53,996 nucleotides of DNA from an uncultured Syntrophomonadaceae bacterium (GTDB lineage Bacteria > Bacillota > Ch66 > Ch109). The DNA lies in contig CAZKWP010000002.1 of the NCBI GenBank assembly GCA_964556555.1, positions 3,313 through 57,308 on the forward strand. Direction: 5' to 3'. The position numbers were made by a program, and so were the translations under genes. The notes under the pieces were generated by a model. The model did no database searches, had not been told where the DNA came from, and saw only the letters and a program-made list of their open reading frames with translations. Below, one piece after another: positions 23,749 to 33,139 of the stretch (its first letter is position 1; the number at the start of each line of letters is the position of its first letter).

Positions 23749-26049
23749 TTACGCTTTTTTCAAGGGCGCGTAGCCCAGCAGCAATTGTTTGATGCCCATT
23801 TCCGGGAAGGCTACGGCTACTTGGCTGTCCTTGCCCGAGCCCTTGATCTGCACCACGACGCCTTGTCCCCATTTATCATGAATCACCCGGTCACCTACGG
23901 TTAATACCGGGATTACCTCGTTGATTGCTTTACCCGAACCGCGCACCGTCTTGCGGGAGCGGTTTAAGCTATCCGGGGACAGAGCGGAGGTTTCCGATTG
24001 TTTCTTACTGTCACGATTATCATTATTACTATTATGCCCATTTTCGCCGTTTGCCTGGTAGGCCGCCAAATCCACTTCCGTCTGATAAAACAACTCGGCC
24101 GGGATTTCACCCAAAAACCGGGAGACATGGTTGTTCCGCTGAAAACCGTAGAGGGTGCGGACTAAAGCGCGGGTCAGGTAGAGCTTTTCGCGCGCCCGGG
24201 TAATCCCCACGTAACAGAGGCGCCTTTCTTCTTCCAGCTGCTGCGGGTCTTGCATACTCATGGAATGCGGAAACACCCCTTCTTCCAGGCCGGTTAAAAA
24301 CACCACCGGGAACTCCAGGCCCTTGGCCCCGTGCAGGGTCATCAGCACCACCGAATCCTCTTCTTCCTGGTAAGTATCCAGATCCGTGACCAGCGCCAGT
24401 TTGGCCAGAAAACGGCTCAGCTTGCTCTGCTTCGGTTCGGCAACGCCCAAAACCGCTTCAATTTCCTCGTCCTCATCGTCCTCCAGGTGCCCGGCGTCCG
24501 CGTCGCTGGTAACCGATAAAAACTCCTGCAAATTTTCAATGCGGTTTTTGGCTTCCTGGGTATTTTCGGCGCGGAGTTCGTGGAGATAACCGCTTCGTTC
24601 CAGGGTCTGCTCCACCAGGTAAGTCAGCCCTTGTTCCTCATTAATCTGCCGCAAACCCTCGATCAAGTCCGCGAAAACCACCAGCGGCTGCGTATTCTTG
24701 CCCTTTTCCCGCAGCTGTTCGCTTATTGAGCGGAGAGCCTCATAATAAGTAAGGTTTTGGTCGGCCGCCAGCTCAATCACCCGTTTCCAGGTGGCTTCCC
24801 CGATGCCGCGGCGCGGGACATTAATGATCCGCTGCAGACTCACGTTATCCGCGGGATTGGCCAGCACCCGCAAATAGGCTAACAGGTCGCGGATTTCCTT
24901 GCGCTGATAAAACCGCAGCCCGCCGATAATGCGGTACGGAATCCGATACCGCACGAAATATTCTTCAATTACCCGGGACTGGGCATGCGTCCGGTAAAAC
25001 ACCGCAAAGTCCCGGTAATTCAGGTCTTCTTTATGCTTTTGGTAAAGAATGCTTTCCACCACATACCGGCCCTCTTCCTGCTCCGTTTCTCCCCGGAATA
25101 AGTGCAGGAGCTGCCCTTTTTGGTTGCTCGTCCATAGCTTTTTCTCGCGCCGGGACTGGTTGTGGCTCACCACATGGTTGGCCGCGTCTAAGATGGTCTG
25201 GGTGGAACGGTAGTTTTCCTCTAATTTAATGATGCGCGCGTCCGGGTAGTCCCGCTCAAAACTCAGGATGTTGTTCAGATCCGCCCCCCGCCAGCCGTAA
25301 ATCGACTGGTCCGGATCCCCGACCACGCACAGATTGCGGTGCTGCGCCGCCAAAAGCTTGACTAAGATGTATTGCGAATGGTTCGTATCCTGGTATTCGT
25401 CGACTAAGATATAACGAAATTTTTTCTGGTAGTAGTCCAAAATATCGGGATTCTCCCGCAGGAGCTGGACGGTCAGCATGATCAGGTCGTCAAAATCGAG
25501 CGCGTTTAAATCCTTCAGGCGTTTTTGGTACCAGGCGTAAAGCTCGGCTACTTTTTGGTCGATCAAGTCCGTGGCTTTGCGCGCGTTGGCCGCGGGGTCC
25601 AGCAGCTGATTTTTGGCCGCGCTGATCCGGTAGAGCACGTTGCGCGGCGGATATTTTTTATCGTCCAGGTTGAAAGCACGCAGACCCTCTTTAATCAAGG
25701 TCAGCTGGTCGCTGTCGTCGTAAATCGTAAAGTCGCGGGTGTAGCCCAGTACCGCGATTTCCCGGCGCAGGATACGGGCGCAAGCCGCGTGAAAGGTAGA
25801 GACCCAGGGGCTTTTAAAGTTATCCAGTATAACGTTCAGGCGGTTTTTCATCTCCTGTGCCGCCTTGTTGGTAAAGGTAATCGCTAAAATATTCGAGGGA
25901 TAAACCCCTTTGTTTTGGACCAAGTAAGCCACCCGATAGGTTAAAACGCGGGTTTTCCCGCTGCCGGCCCCGGCTAAGACTAAAACTGGGCCTTCGGTCT
26001 GCTGTACAGCAGCTTGTTGTTCCGGATTGAGTTTGTCTAAGATTTGCAC
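23749..26049 (-). CDS. pcrA: ATP-dependent DNA helicase PcrA/UvrD (SF1)
   Basis: LNPEQQAAV, Walker A AGAGSGKTRVL, DEYQDTN and the C-terminal GDRVIHDKWGQGVV tudor-like tail. GTG at 26049 lies 6 nt after GGAGGA. Confidence 0.9.
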   Translation of the reverse strand: MQILDKLNPEQQAAVQQTEGPVLVLAGAGSGKTRVLTYRVAYLVQNKGVYPSNILAITFTNKAAQEMKNRLNVILDNFKSPWVSTFHAACARILRREIAVLGYTRDFTIYDDSDQLTLIKEGLRAFNLDDKKYPPRNVLYRISAAKNQLLDPAANARKATDLIDQKVAELYAWYQKRLKDLNALDFDDLIMLTVQLLRENPDILDYYQKKFRYILVDEYQDTNHSQYILVKLLAAQHRNLCVVGDPDQSIYGWRGADLNNILSFERDYPDARIIKLEENYRSTQTILDAANHVVSHNQSRREKKLWTSNQKGQLLHLFRGETEQEEGRYVVESILYQKHKEDLNYRDFAVFYRTHAQSRVIEEYFVRYRIPYRIIGGLRFYQRKEIRDLLAYLRVLANPADNVSLQRIINVPRRGIGEATWKRVIELAADQNLTYYEALRSISEQLREKGKNTQPLVVFADLIEGLRQINEEQGLTYLVEQTLERSGYLHELRAENTQEAKNRIENLQEFLSVTSDADAGHLEDDEDEEIEAVLGVAEPKQSKLSRFLAKLALVTDLDTYQEEEDSVVLMTLHGAKGLEFPVVFLTGLEEGVFPHSMSMQDPQQLEEERRLCYVGITRAREKLYLTRALVRTLYGFQRNNHVSRFLGEIPAELFYQTEVDLAAYQANGENGHNSNNDNRDSKKQSETSALSPDSLNRSRKTVRGSGKAINEVIPVLTVGDRVIHDKWGQGVVVQIKGSGKDSQVAVAFPEMGIKQLLLGYAPLKKA

Positions 26050-26467
26050 AACATTTCCTCCAATTGATCCAAGGGAAAACTTCCGCCTTGGCGGCAATCT
26101 CCACATTCTTTATAATCTCTATAGCAGCTATGATCTTTAAAATTAAAATCATTAAAACAGGCTGATTATTTCTCTTCTATTGTATCATGTACCAGTTGAA
26201 AAAGCTTACCCCAGAGTATCCCGGCCTATCAACGGGAAACCCCTTAGATTAATCATCCTGATCATCAAGGGGCATAGGGGAAGCATATATTAGCAGTTAA
26301 TGCATAAATGAAGGAATTCTATAATAAAGAAACTCGTGGAGGAACCCATTTAAAAAGGAAGTCCTTAATGGGCGAAACTTTTTAGAAACCTCAGGGTAAA
26401 CGGCTGGGATTAAAAGTTTCAATTTAATACACCGATTAGCCTCCTAAATTACTCATGCCTTAACTTA

Positions 26468-26510
26468 CCTTATACTAAACTTATACTGCCCTTATACTAA
26501 ACTTATACTG
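26468..26510. repeat. Tandem direct repeat (two units of about 21 nt) immediately 3' of nadE
   Basis: CTTATACTAAACTTATACTG, then CC, then CTTATACTAAACTTATACTG. That gives four CTTATACT cores. Confidence 0.8.
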
Positions 26511-26518
26511 GTCAGGGT

Positions 26519-27283
26519 TTACGGTTTGCCTGGGCGGCTGGATCGCTCATAAACGGGAGGCAGGTACCGCTTATGTTCACTGATCCGGTGCAGATAATCG
26601 ATCCGCTCGAGCGCTTCCGGCGACACTGGCTTGCCTTCCAGAAAGTCGTCAATCTCCGCATAGGTTACGCCCATCTCCTTTTCGTCCGTCTGGCCGACCC
26701 AAAGGCCGGCCGAGGGGGCCTTGGCAATAATTTTGGCCGGGATACCTAAAACCCGGGCTAAGTCGCGAACCTCCCGTTTGGTAAACTGGCTGAGCGGCAG
26801 CAAGTCTACCCCGCCGTCGCCGTACTTGGTGAAGTAACCCGTGTAAACCTCCGCGGCATTGTCGGTGCCGACCACCAGGTACTGCAGAAAATTAGCCGCC
26901 GCATAGAGAGTACTCATCCGCAGCCGGGCCCTTAGGTTGGCATCGGTCAACCGGGCGTTCTGGTTCAAGGCGGCCGGGGCGCAAAGGCCGCCCAGTCCCT
27001 GGGTGGCTTCGCGCAGGATGCTTTGGTGCGGCTCATCCAGATTTAGCTCCAGCTTACGAATCCCGAGGGTGTCACAGACTAAATGGGCATCCGCCACATC
27101 TTCGCCGCTGCTGTGGCAGGGCAGGATCAGACCGAGAGACTCCTTGGGAAAAGCCCGTACCGCCAGGGCGGCGGCGACCGCGGAATCGATACCGCCGGAA
27201 ACCCCTAAGACCAAACCCTGGACTTTGGCTTCCCGCACCTTAAGTCTCAGCCATTCGATCATCTGGTTTATTTCGTTTACCAT
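26519..27283 (-). CDS. nadE: Ammonia-dependent NAD+ synthetase
   Basis: PP-loop LGVSGGIDSAV and TDNAAEVYTGYFTKYGDGG. ATG at 27283 follows GGGGG. Confidence 0.9.
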   Translation of the reverse strand: MVNEINQMIEWLRLKVREAKVQGLVLGVSGGIDSAVAAALAVRAFPKESLGLILPCHSSGEDVADAHLVCDTLGIRKLELNLDEPHQSILREATQGLGGLCAPAALNQNARLTDANLRARLRMSTLYAAANFLQYLVVGTDNAAEVYTGYFTKYGDGGVDLLPLSQFTKREVRDLARVLGIPAKIIAKAPSAGLWVGQTDEKEMGVTYAEIDDFLEGKPVSPEALERIDYLHRISEHKRYLPPVYERSSRPGKP

Positions 27284-27624
27284 CTTCAAACCCCCTATAA
27301 ATGTAAACAACTCGGGTCAAATCCGACCTGATTGTTAAAAACAGATTAGGCAAACCGCAGATCTAGTGTAATTATACAAGATATCCCTGCCCAAGTACTA
27401 ATCAAAGCATCACTGCATAGCATATATTAAATAAACGCTTAAATAAAAAATTATCAAATCAAAGACAACGGCGTCTTTGGCCTGATTTTAATTGGCTGAA
27501 TTCGTCGTTTTTATTTTTAGGAAAATTTATTCCCCAGAAAATTTGGTCCCCGAAAAATAAATCTTTGCTCTGAAATAATACAACTGTTGGAACAACTATA
27601 AGGAAGAAGGAAGGATGATATCTG

Positions 27625-29478
27625 ATGTGTGGAATTGCTGGCTGGATTGATCAGGAAATGGATCTTACCCAAAAACACCCTATCCTAAGTGCGATGGTCG
27701 AAACCATGTCCTGCCGCGGACCGGATGCCACCGGCACCTGGCTGTCATCGGGGGCGGCTTTGGGCCACCGTCGTTTGGTCGTAGTCGACCCGGAGGGCGG
27801 AGGCCAGCCCATGACCCGTAAGTTTGGAAACAACGCCTACGTGATCACTTACAACGGGGAACTTTACAATACCCCGGAACTACGTCAGGCGTTAGAAAAA
27901 CTCGGCCATACCTTCAAAGGTCATTCTGACACCGAAGTCCTGCTGGCTGCCTTTATCGAATGGGGCCCCGCTTGTCTGCAGCGTTTGAACGGCATTTTCG
28001 CCTTTGGGGTTTGGAATGAGGCAAAGCAGACCCTGTTTTTGACCCGGGACCGACTGGGTGTCAAACCCCTTTTTTACACCCAACGGGGAAGTTCCTTTCT
28101 CTTTGGTTCCGAGATCAAAGCGCTGCTGGCTCATCCGGCCGTTAGGCCCGAGATTGCCGGCGAGGGTCTGGCGGAAATTTTTGTACTGGGTCCGGCCCGT
28201 ACCCCGGGACAGGGAATTTTCAAAGGGATTAACGAAGTCTTGCCGGGTGAATATCTCATCTATAACCCCAATGGGCTTCAAAAACACCGTTACTGGTCCC
28301 TCGAAAGCCGACCCCACCCGGATAACCTGGATACAACGGCGGTAAAGGTACGGGAGCTTTTGCGGGATGCCGTAAGCAGACAGTTGGTTGCGGATGTGCC
28401 AGTTTGCACGCTGCTGTCCGGCGGTCTGGATTCCAGCGCGCTCACTGCCTTTGCCGCTGCCGAATATAAACAGGCCAACCGAGGGGCGATTGAAACCTAT
28501 TCTTTAGACTACGCTGATAACGAACAATTTTTTCGGCCTAATGAGTTTCAGCCCAACGCCGATGCCCCTTGGGTTCAGCTGGTCTCCAATTTTCTGGGTA
28601 CCCGCCATCATGAGGTGATCATTGATACGGAACAGTTAACCGGGGCCCTGGAAACGGCGATGCAGGCCCGAGATCTCCCGGGAATGGCGGATGTTGACAC
28701 GGCCCTGTATTTATTTTGTAAAGAAATCAAAAAAGAAGCTACCGTCGGCCTGTCAGGCGAATGCTCTGACGAAGTATTCGGGGGTTATCCCTGGTTTTTT
28801 CCGGCGAATAACTCCGCCGAAGTCGAAGCCGATACTTTCCCTTGGTCGAGAAATCTGCCTAAACGGATGCAGTTCCTCTCCCCGGACCTGATTCAGCGAA
28901 TCAGGCCCTGCGAATACATGACCGAACGTTATCAGCAAGCCCGGCAGGAAGTGCCCCGCTTACCCGGGGAAGCCCCGGATGACGCCCGAATACGGGAAAT
29001 GTTTTACCTCAACCTTACCAGGTGGATGCCGACCCTGCTGGATCGAAAGGACCGGATGAGCATGGCCACTGGTCTTGAGATTCGAGTCCCTTTCTGCGAT
29101 CACCATTTGGTGGAATACGTCTGGAATATCCCCTGGGCCATGAAAAACTGTAACCAGATGGAAAAAGGCATCTTACGCCGGGCGCTGGCCGGTATGCTGC
29201 CAAACGACGTGCTGACCAGACGTAAAAGTCCCTTCCCCAAGACCCATAACCCTGACTACTTAGCGGCGATGAGCGCTTGGATGCTGCGAATCCTGGAGGA
29301 CCCCAATTCCCCGCTGCTTCCTTTAATTGACCGCACCGCTCTTTCTGATTTTGTCCAGTCAGATCAAGTGAATGCCAGCCTGCCCTGGTTTGGCCAACTG
29401 ATGAATGTCCCTCAGCTCCTGGCCTATTTTATCCAGATTGATATTTGGCTGCGAAAATACCGGGTGATTATTACCTAA
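27625..29478 (+). CDS. asnB: Asparagine synthase (glutamine-hydrolysing)
   Basis: MCGIAG N-terminal nucleophile, and the PP-loop LLSGGLDSS in the synthetase domain. 617 aa. Confidence 0.9.
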   Translation: MCGIAGWIDQEMDLTQKHPILSAMVETMSCRGPDATGTWLSSGAALGHRRLVVVDPEGGGQPMTRKFGNNAYVITYNGELYNTPELRQALEKLGHTFKGHSDTEVLLAAFIEWGPACLQRLNGIFAFGVWNEAKQTLFLTRDRLGVKPLFYTQRGSSFLFGSEIKALLAHPAVRPEIAGEGLAEIFVLGPARTPGQGIFKGINEVLPGEYLIYNPNGLQKHRYWSLESRPHPDNLDTTAVKVRELLRDAVSRQLVADVPVCTLLSGGLDSSALTAFAAAEYKQANRGAIETYSLDYADNEQFFRPNEFQPNADAPWVQLVSNFLGTRHHEVIIDTEQLTGALETAMQARDLPGMADVDTALYLFCKEIKKEATVGLSGECSDEVFGGYPWFFPANNSAEVEADTFPWSRNLPKRMQFLSPDLIQRIRPCEYMTERYQQARQEVPRLPGEAPDDARIREMFYLNLTRWMPTLLDRKDRMSMATGLEIRVPFCDHHLVEYVWNIPWAMKNCNQMEKGILRRALAGMLPNDVLTRRKSPFPKTHNPDYLAAMSAWMLRILEDPNSPLLPLIDRTALSDFVQSDQVNASLPWFGQLMNVPQLLAYFIQIDIWLRKYRVIIT

Positions 29479-29630
29479 TGGATTGATGATTAAATCCGGA
29501 TAATTAAATCCAACGGCTGCGTTGATTATGTACACAAGATTCTTTTCCCGTTTGTATTGACGTGCCGACAGCCCCGTGCTACTCTTAGGTTAGAAATTTA
29601 AATGTACAGCGTTGTACGACGTAAGGCAAG

Positions 29631-29670
29631 GGCGCTATTAAGCAAAAAGCTTAAAAGCGCCTTTTTTATT
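29631..29670 (+). terminator. Strong intrinsic terminator located 24 nt upstream of the glnB start codon (leader attenuator and/or asnB terminator)
   Basis: GGCGCT-A-TTAAGC-AAAAA-GCTTAA-A-AGCGCC followed by TTTTTTATT. The stem is 12 bp with one A/A mismatch. Confidence 0.7.
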
Positions 29671-29693
29671 GGAAATTTAAGGGGGTTGATTGA

Positions 29694-30032
29694 ATGAAAA
29701 AAATCGAGGCAATTATCCGTCCGGAAAAAATGGAGGAGGTTAAACAGGCTTTAGGGCAAATCGGCATCCAGGGTTTAACCGTAACCAAGTCCGTCGGCTG
29801 CGGTAAACAGATAGGCCGCACCGGAATTTACCGGGGCACCGAGTATAACGTTAAGCTGATTCCGAAAATCAAATTAGAAATCGTAACCGATGACCCGGCA
29901 GTGGATAATATCCTGCAGACCATCGTCAATACGGCCCGAACCGGTGCGGTAGGAGATGGCAAGATATTTGTCTACCCGCTGGAGGAAGCGGTTAGAATCA
30001 GAACGGGTGAAACCGGGGTCCGGGCTTTATAG
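29694..30032 (+). CDS. glnB: P-II nitrogen regulatory protein
   Basis: 112 aa. MKKIEAIIRPEKMEEVKQAL, a T-loop with YRGTEY, and GDGKIFV. Confidence 0.9.
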   Translation: MKKIEAIIRPEKMEEVKQALGQIGIQGLTVTKSVGCGKQIGRTGIYRGTEYNVKLIPKIKLEIVTDDPAVDNILQTIVNTARTGAVGDGKIFVYPLEEAVRIRTGETGVRAL

Positions 30033-30141
30033 GCATAATGAGGAAAAGAAAACTGATAGCTGCAATGTATTAAGCAGCACCAATAGCAGCAACCTCGCGT
30101 ATTTAAACTGATAGGGTACGACGAAGTACCGCCAAATGGGC

Positions 30142-30181
30142 AGAGACGCCTTCCGAAAAAGGGCGTCTCTTTACTTATCTT
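30142..30181 (+). terminator. Hairpin terminator candidate between glnB and amtB
   Basis: AGAGACGCC-11 nt-GGCGTCTCT followed by TTACTTATCTT. The U-tract is imperfect. Confidence 0.5.
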
Positions 30182-30326
30182 GAGATGTTGTTTGCAAAGA
30201 GATGCTGTTCTTGCATAAAGATGTGTATGCAAACAAGGTTTTATCAAGTTTCTCGCAAAAGAAATCTGCTTTTACGTTATCCCTTGTTCAATGTTCATTT
30301 TTATTTATAAAGAAAGGATGATCGCC

Positions 30327-31682
30327 ATGAAAAAAATTGCGCTTTTGGTAATCCTGGTTCTGGGAAACATCTTACTGCCGGGAGCGGCCTGGGCTGCCGA
30401 TACTCCAATGATCGATACCGGCGATACGGCTTATATGATCATTTGTACGGCCCTGGTCATGCTCATGACGCCGGGTCTGGCTCTCTTCTACGGGGGCATC
30501 GTTCGAAAAAAAAATGTGCTGAATACGATGATGCAAAGCTTTATCACTATTGGAATCGTGTCCGTGCAATGGGTACTGATCGGCTACACCTTAGCCTTTG
30601 GCACTGACCACGGGGGACTGATCGGTTCCCTGGAATGGATTGGGCTTAGGGGAGTGGGAGCCGAGCCAAATCCCGTTTATGCGGCATCCATCCCGCATCT
30701 GGTTTTTGTCTTGTTTCAGTTGATGTTTGCCATCATTACGCCAGCCTTGATAACCGGCTCATTTGCCGAAAGGATGCGTTTCCCTGCATTTATCGCCTTT
30801 ACGCTGCTTTGGACCACCCTGATCTATGATCCGCTGGCGCACTGGGTGTGGGCGGATGGCGGATGGCTGAGAAATTTAGGGGCACTCGACTTTGCCGGCG
30901 GTACCGTAGTCCATATCAGTTCGGGGATTTCCGGATTAATGGTGGCATATCTGCTCGGCCACCGGAAGGGATTTGGCCACGAAGCCATATTGCCGCACCA
31001 AATCCCCATGACGATCCTGGGAGCGGGGCTGCTCTGGTTTGGCTGGTTTGGGTTCAACGCGGGAAGTGCCCTTACGGCTAATGGTTTGGCAGCCAGTGCC
31101 TTACTGACGACGAACTCTTCCGCCGCCGCCGCAGGACTTTCCTGGGTTGCCGCGGAATGGCTGCATCACGGCAAACCAACTGCTCTCGGAGCAGCGACTG
31201 GGGCTGTAGCCGGCTTAGTCGCGATTACCCCTGGAGCCGGTTTTGTGGGCCCCCTCTCCTCGATTATGATTGGTCTGACCGCGGGGATTATATGTTACCT
31301 GGCAGTGGCTATTCTTAAAAAGAAGTTGGGGTATGATGATTCCCTCGACGCCTTTGGGGTGCATGGAATCGGGGGGATTTTAGGGGCTCTGGCCACTGGA
31401 GTTTTTGCCTCAACCGCGGTCAATCCGGCCGGCAGTAATGGTCTGTTGTTTGGCGGCGCCTCCCTGTTTGGAACCCAAATAATCGCCATAATTGCCACCA
31501 TGGCTTATGCCGCGTTGGGAACTTATATCATCCTGAAGGTAATCGAAGTTTTCATGCCGCTTCGGGTAACCGCGGAAGAAGAGGAGTATGGTCTTGACCT
31601 TACCCAGCACGGCGAGGAGGCTTACTCAGAGTTATTCGCGGCCGCTTCCCTGATGCCATACGAGCCATTAATCAGTAAATAA
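30327..31682 (+). CDS. amtB: Ammonium transporter (Amt family)
   Basis: FAGGTVVHISSG and DDSLDAFGVHGIGGILG signatures, with about 11 TM segments. ATG at 30327 gives an MKKIALLVIL signal-like N-terminus. Confidence 0.9.
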   Translation: MKKIALLVILVLGNILLPGAAWAADTPMIDTGDTAYMIICTALVMLMTPGLALFYGGIVRKKNVLNTMMQSFITIGIVSVQWVLIGYTLAFGTDHGGLIGSLEWIGLRGVGAEPNPVYAASIPHLVFVLFQLMFAIITPALITGSFAERMRFPAFIAFTLLWTTLIYDPLAHWVWADGGWLRNLGALDFAGGTVVHISSGISGLMVAYLLGHRKGFGHEAILPHQIPMTILGAGLLWFGWFGFNAGSALTANGLAASALLTTNSSAAAAGLSWVAAEWLHHGKPTALGAATGAVAGLVAITPGAGFVGPLSSIMIGLTAGIICYLAVAILKKKLGYDDSLDAFGVHGIGGILGALATGVFASTAVNPAGSNGLLFGGASLFGTQIIAIIATMAYAALGTYIILKVIEVFMPLRVTAEEEEYGLDLTQHGEEAYSELFAAASLMPYEPLISK

Positions 31683-31702
31683 AGAAGAACTACTTTAACC
31701 CT

Positions 31703-31749
31703 AAAATTAATTCCCTCTGTCCACTGAGTGGACAGAGGGAATTAATTTT
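31703..31749 (+). terminator. 22-bp perfect inverted repeat terminator after amtB
   Basis: AAAATTAATTCCCTCTGTCCAC-TGA-GTGGACAGAGGGAATTAATTTT. A/T runs at both ends could act in either direction. Confidence 0.75.
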
Positions 31750-32107
31750 AGATACCTATTTTATTTTATCTTTCTCCCCTTTTCCAAGCGGTAGAATACT
31801 ATGGCAGTTGATTCATCATATGCATAAGGCATTTTATTTGTGCGGTTTTAAATACCCAGATTATTTTTCAATCTTTTGGATCGTAATCTGCACTCGCAGC
31901 ATCATTATCAGGTGGAGGTAATTATCTAATGACGATGATTATATAATGCGTGGGCTTAATGGTTTAATTACTTGAAACGCCCCTCACAAGACTCTTGCCT
32001 TTCTAAAACATTGTACTATCCAACAAAAATTTGCTATAATTTTTAGGATATTTATTTAGTTTATTATTGATTTAATCAAGTTCCTGCCCCCTTGAAAGGA
32101 GCGTAAC

Positions 32108-32944
32108 ATGGATTTTCTAAAGGTTCACGGCATTGGCAATGACTTTGTCTTAATGGATTACCTTAACGGAGCGCCGGATTTGGCTTGGCCGCAATTATCC
32201 CAAAAGATGTGCGACCGGCATTTCGGAGTTGGCGCCGACGGACTGGTTCTGTTGCTTCCGTCCGCTACGGCAGACCTCAAAATGCGGATTTTTAACCCAG
32301 ACGGCAGTGAAGCCGAAATGTGCGGCAACGCCATTCGCTGCGTAGCGCGTTACGTTTACCAAAGAAACCTCGTAACTGGACGTTCAATTAAAGTTGAAAC
32401 CTTGGCCGGTTTAAGAATCCCCGAAATCGTCACCAACGACCAAGGCGAATTTGCCGGAGTTAAAGTCGATATGGGCGAACCGATCCTGGATCCGGTCCAG
32501 ATCCCCATGTCTGTCATCAATGAAAACATTGTTAACTATCCCCTGCAGTTTTCGGGCGGGGAATTAATGATCACCGCGGTTTCCATGGGCAATCCGCACT
32601 GCATCACCTTTGTGTCCAAACTCGATAAGGTGCCCTTCTTCGATTGGGGCCCCAAACTCGAAATCCATCCGCTGTTCCCCAAAAAGACCAACGTTGAATT
32701 TGTGGAAGTCTTAAACCCCAACGAAGTAAGGATGCGGGTTTGGGAAAGAGGGGCCGCTGAAACCTTAGGCTGCGGAACCGGCGCCTGTGCCGTTGGCGTA
32801 GCTGGCTTTTTAAACCATTTGACCAATCGCCGGATTACGGTCCATCTGCCGGGCGGAGATCTGCAGATCGAGTGGGCGGATAACGGCCGCGTTTACATGA
32901 CCGGGCCGGCCGAGGAAGTATTCACCGGCACCTGGCTGGACTAA
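32108..32944 (+). CDS. dapF: Diaminopimelate epimerase
   Basis: FNPDGSEAEMCGNAIRC and GCGTGACA carry the two catalytic Cys motifs. 278 aa. Confidence 0.9.
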   Translation: MDFLKVHGIGNDFVLMDYLNGAPDLAWPQLSQKMCDRHFGVGADGLVLLLPSATADLKMRIFNPDGSEAEMCGNAIRCVARYVYQRNLVTGRSIKVETLAGLRIPEIVTNDQGEFAGVKVDMGEPILDPVQIPMSVINENIVNYPLQFSGGELMITAVSMGNPHCITFVSKLDKVPFFDWGPKLEIHPLFPKKTNVEFVEVLNPNEVRMRVWERGAAETLGCGTGACAVGVAGFLNHLTNRRITVHLPGGDLQIEWADNGRVYMTGPAEEVFTGTWLD

Positions 32945-33139
32945 ACGAGACCCAAAGAAATATAACATCTTAAACTGGGAGCCAAACAATAAACCAAAAA
33001 TAAAACAAATCAACTGAAAACCCAGAACAACACAAATACCGAACCTTTCATTACGAGCCTTTGATTAATAGATATCGAACCTTTAATTTAATAGGTAATA
33101 ACCTATAATTAATAGATAATAAGGAGGTTACATAAGAGA

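Noticed and set aside
26468-26510. Possible CRISPR or other array, considered because of the repeated CTTATACT units
   Set aside because: There are only two adjacent ~21-nt units with no spacers and no cas genes, so it is a simple tandem duplication.
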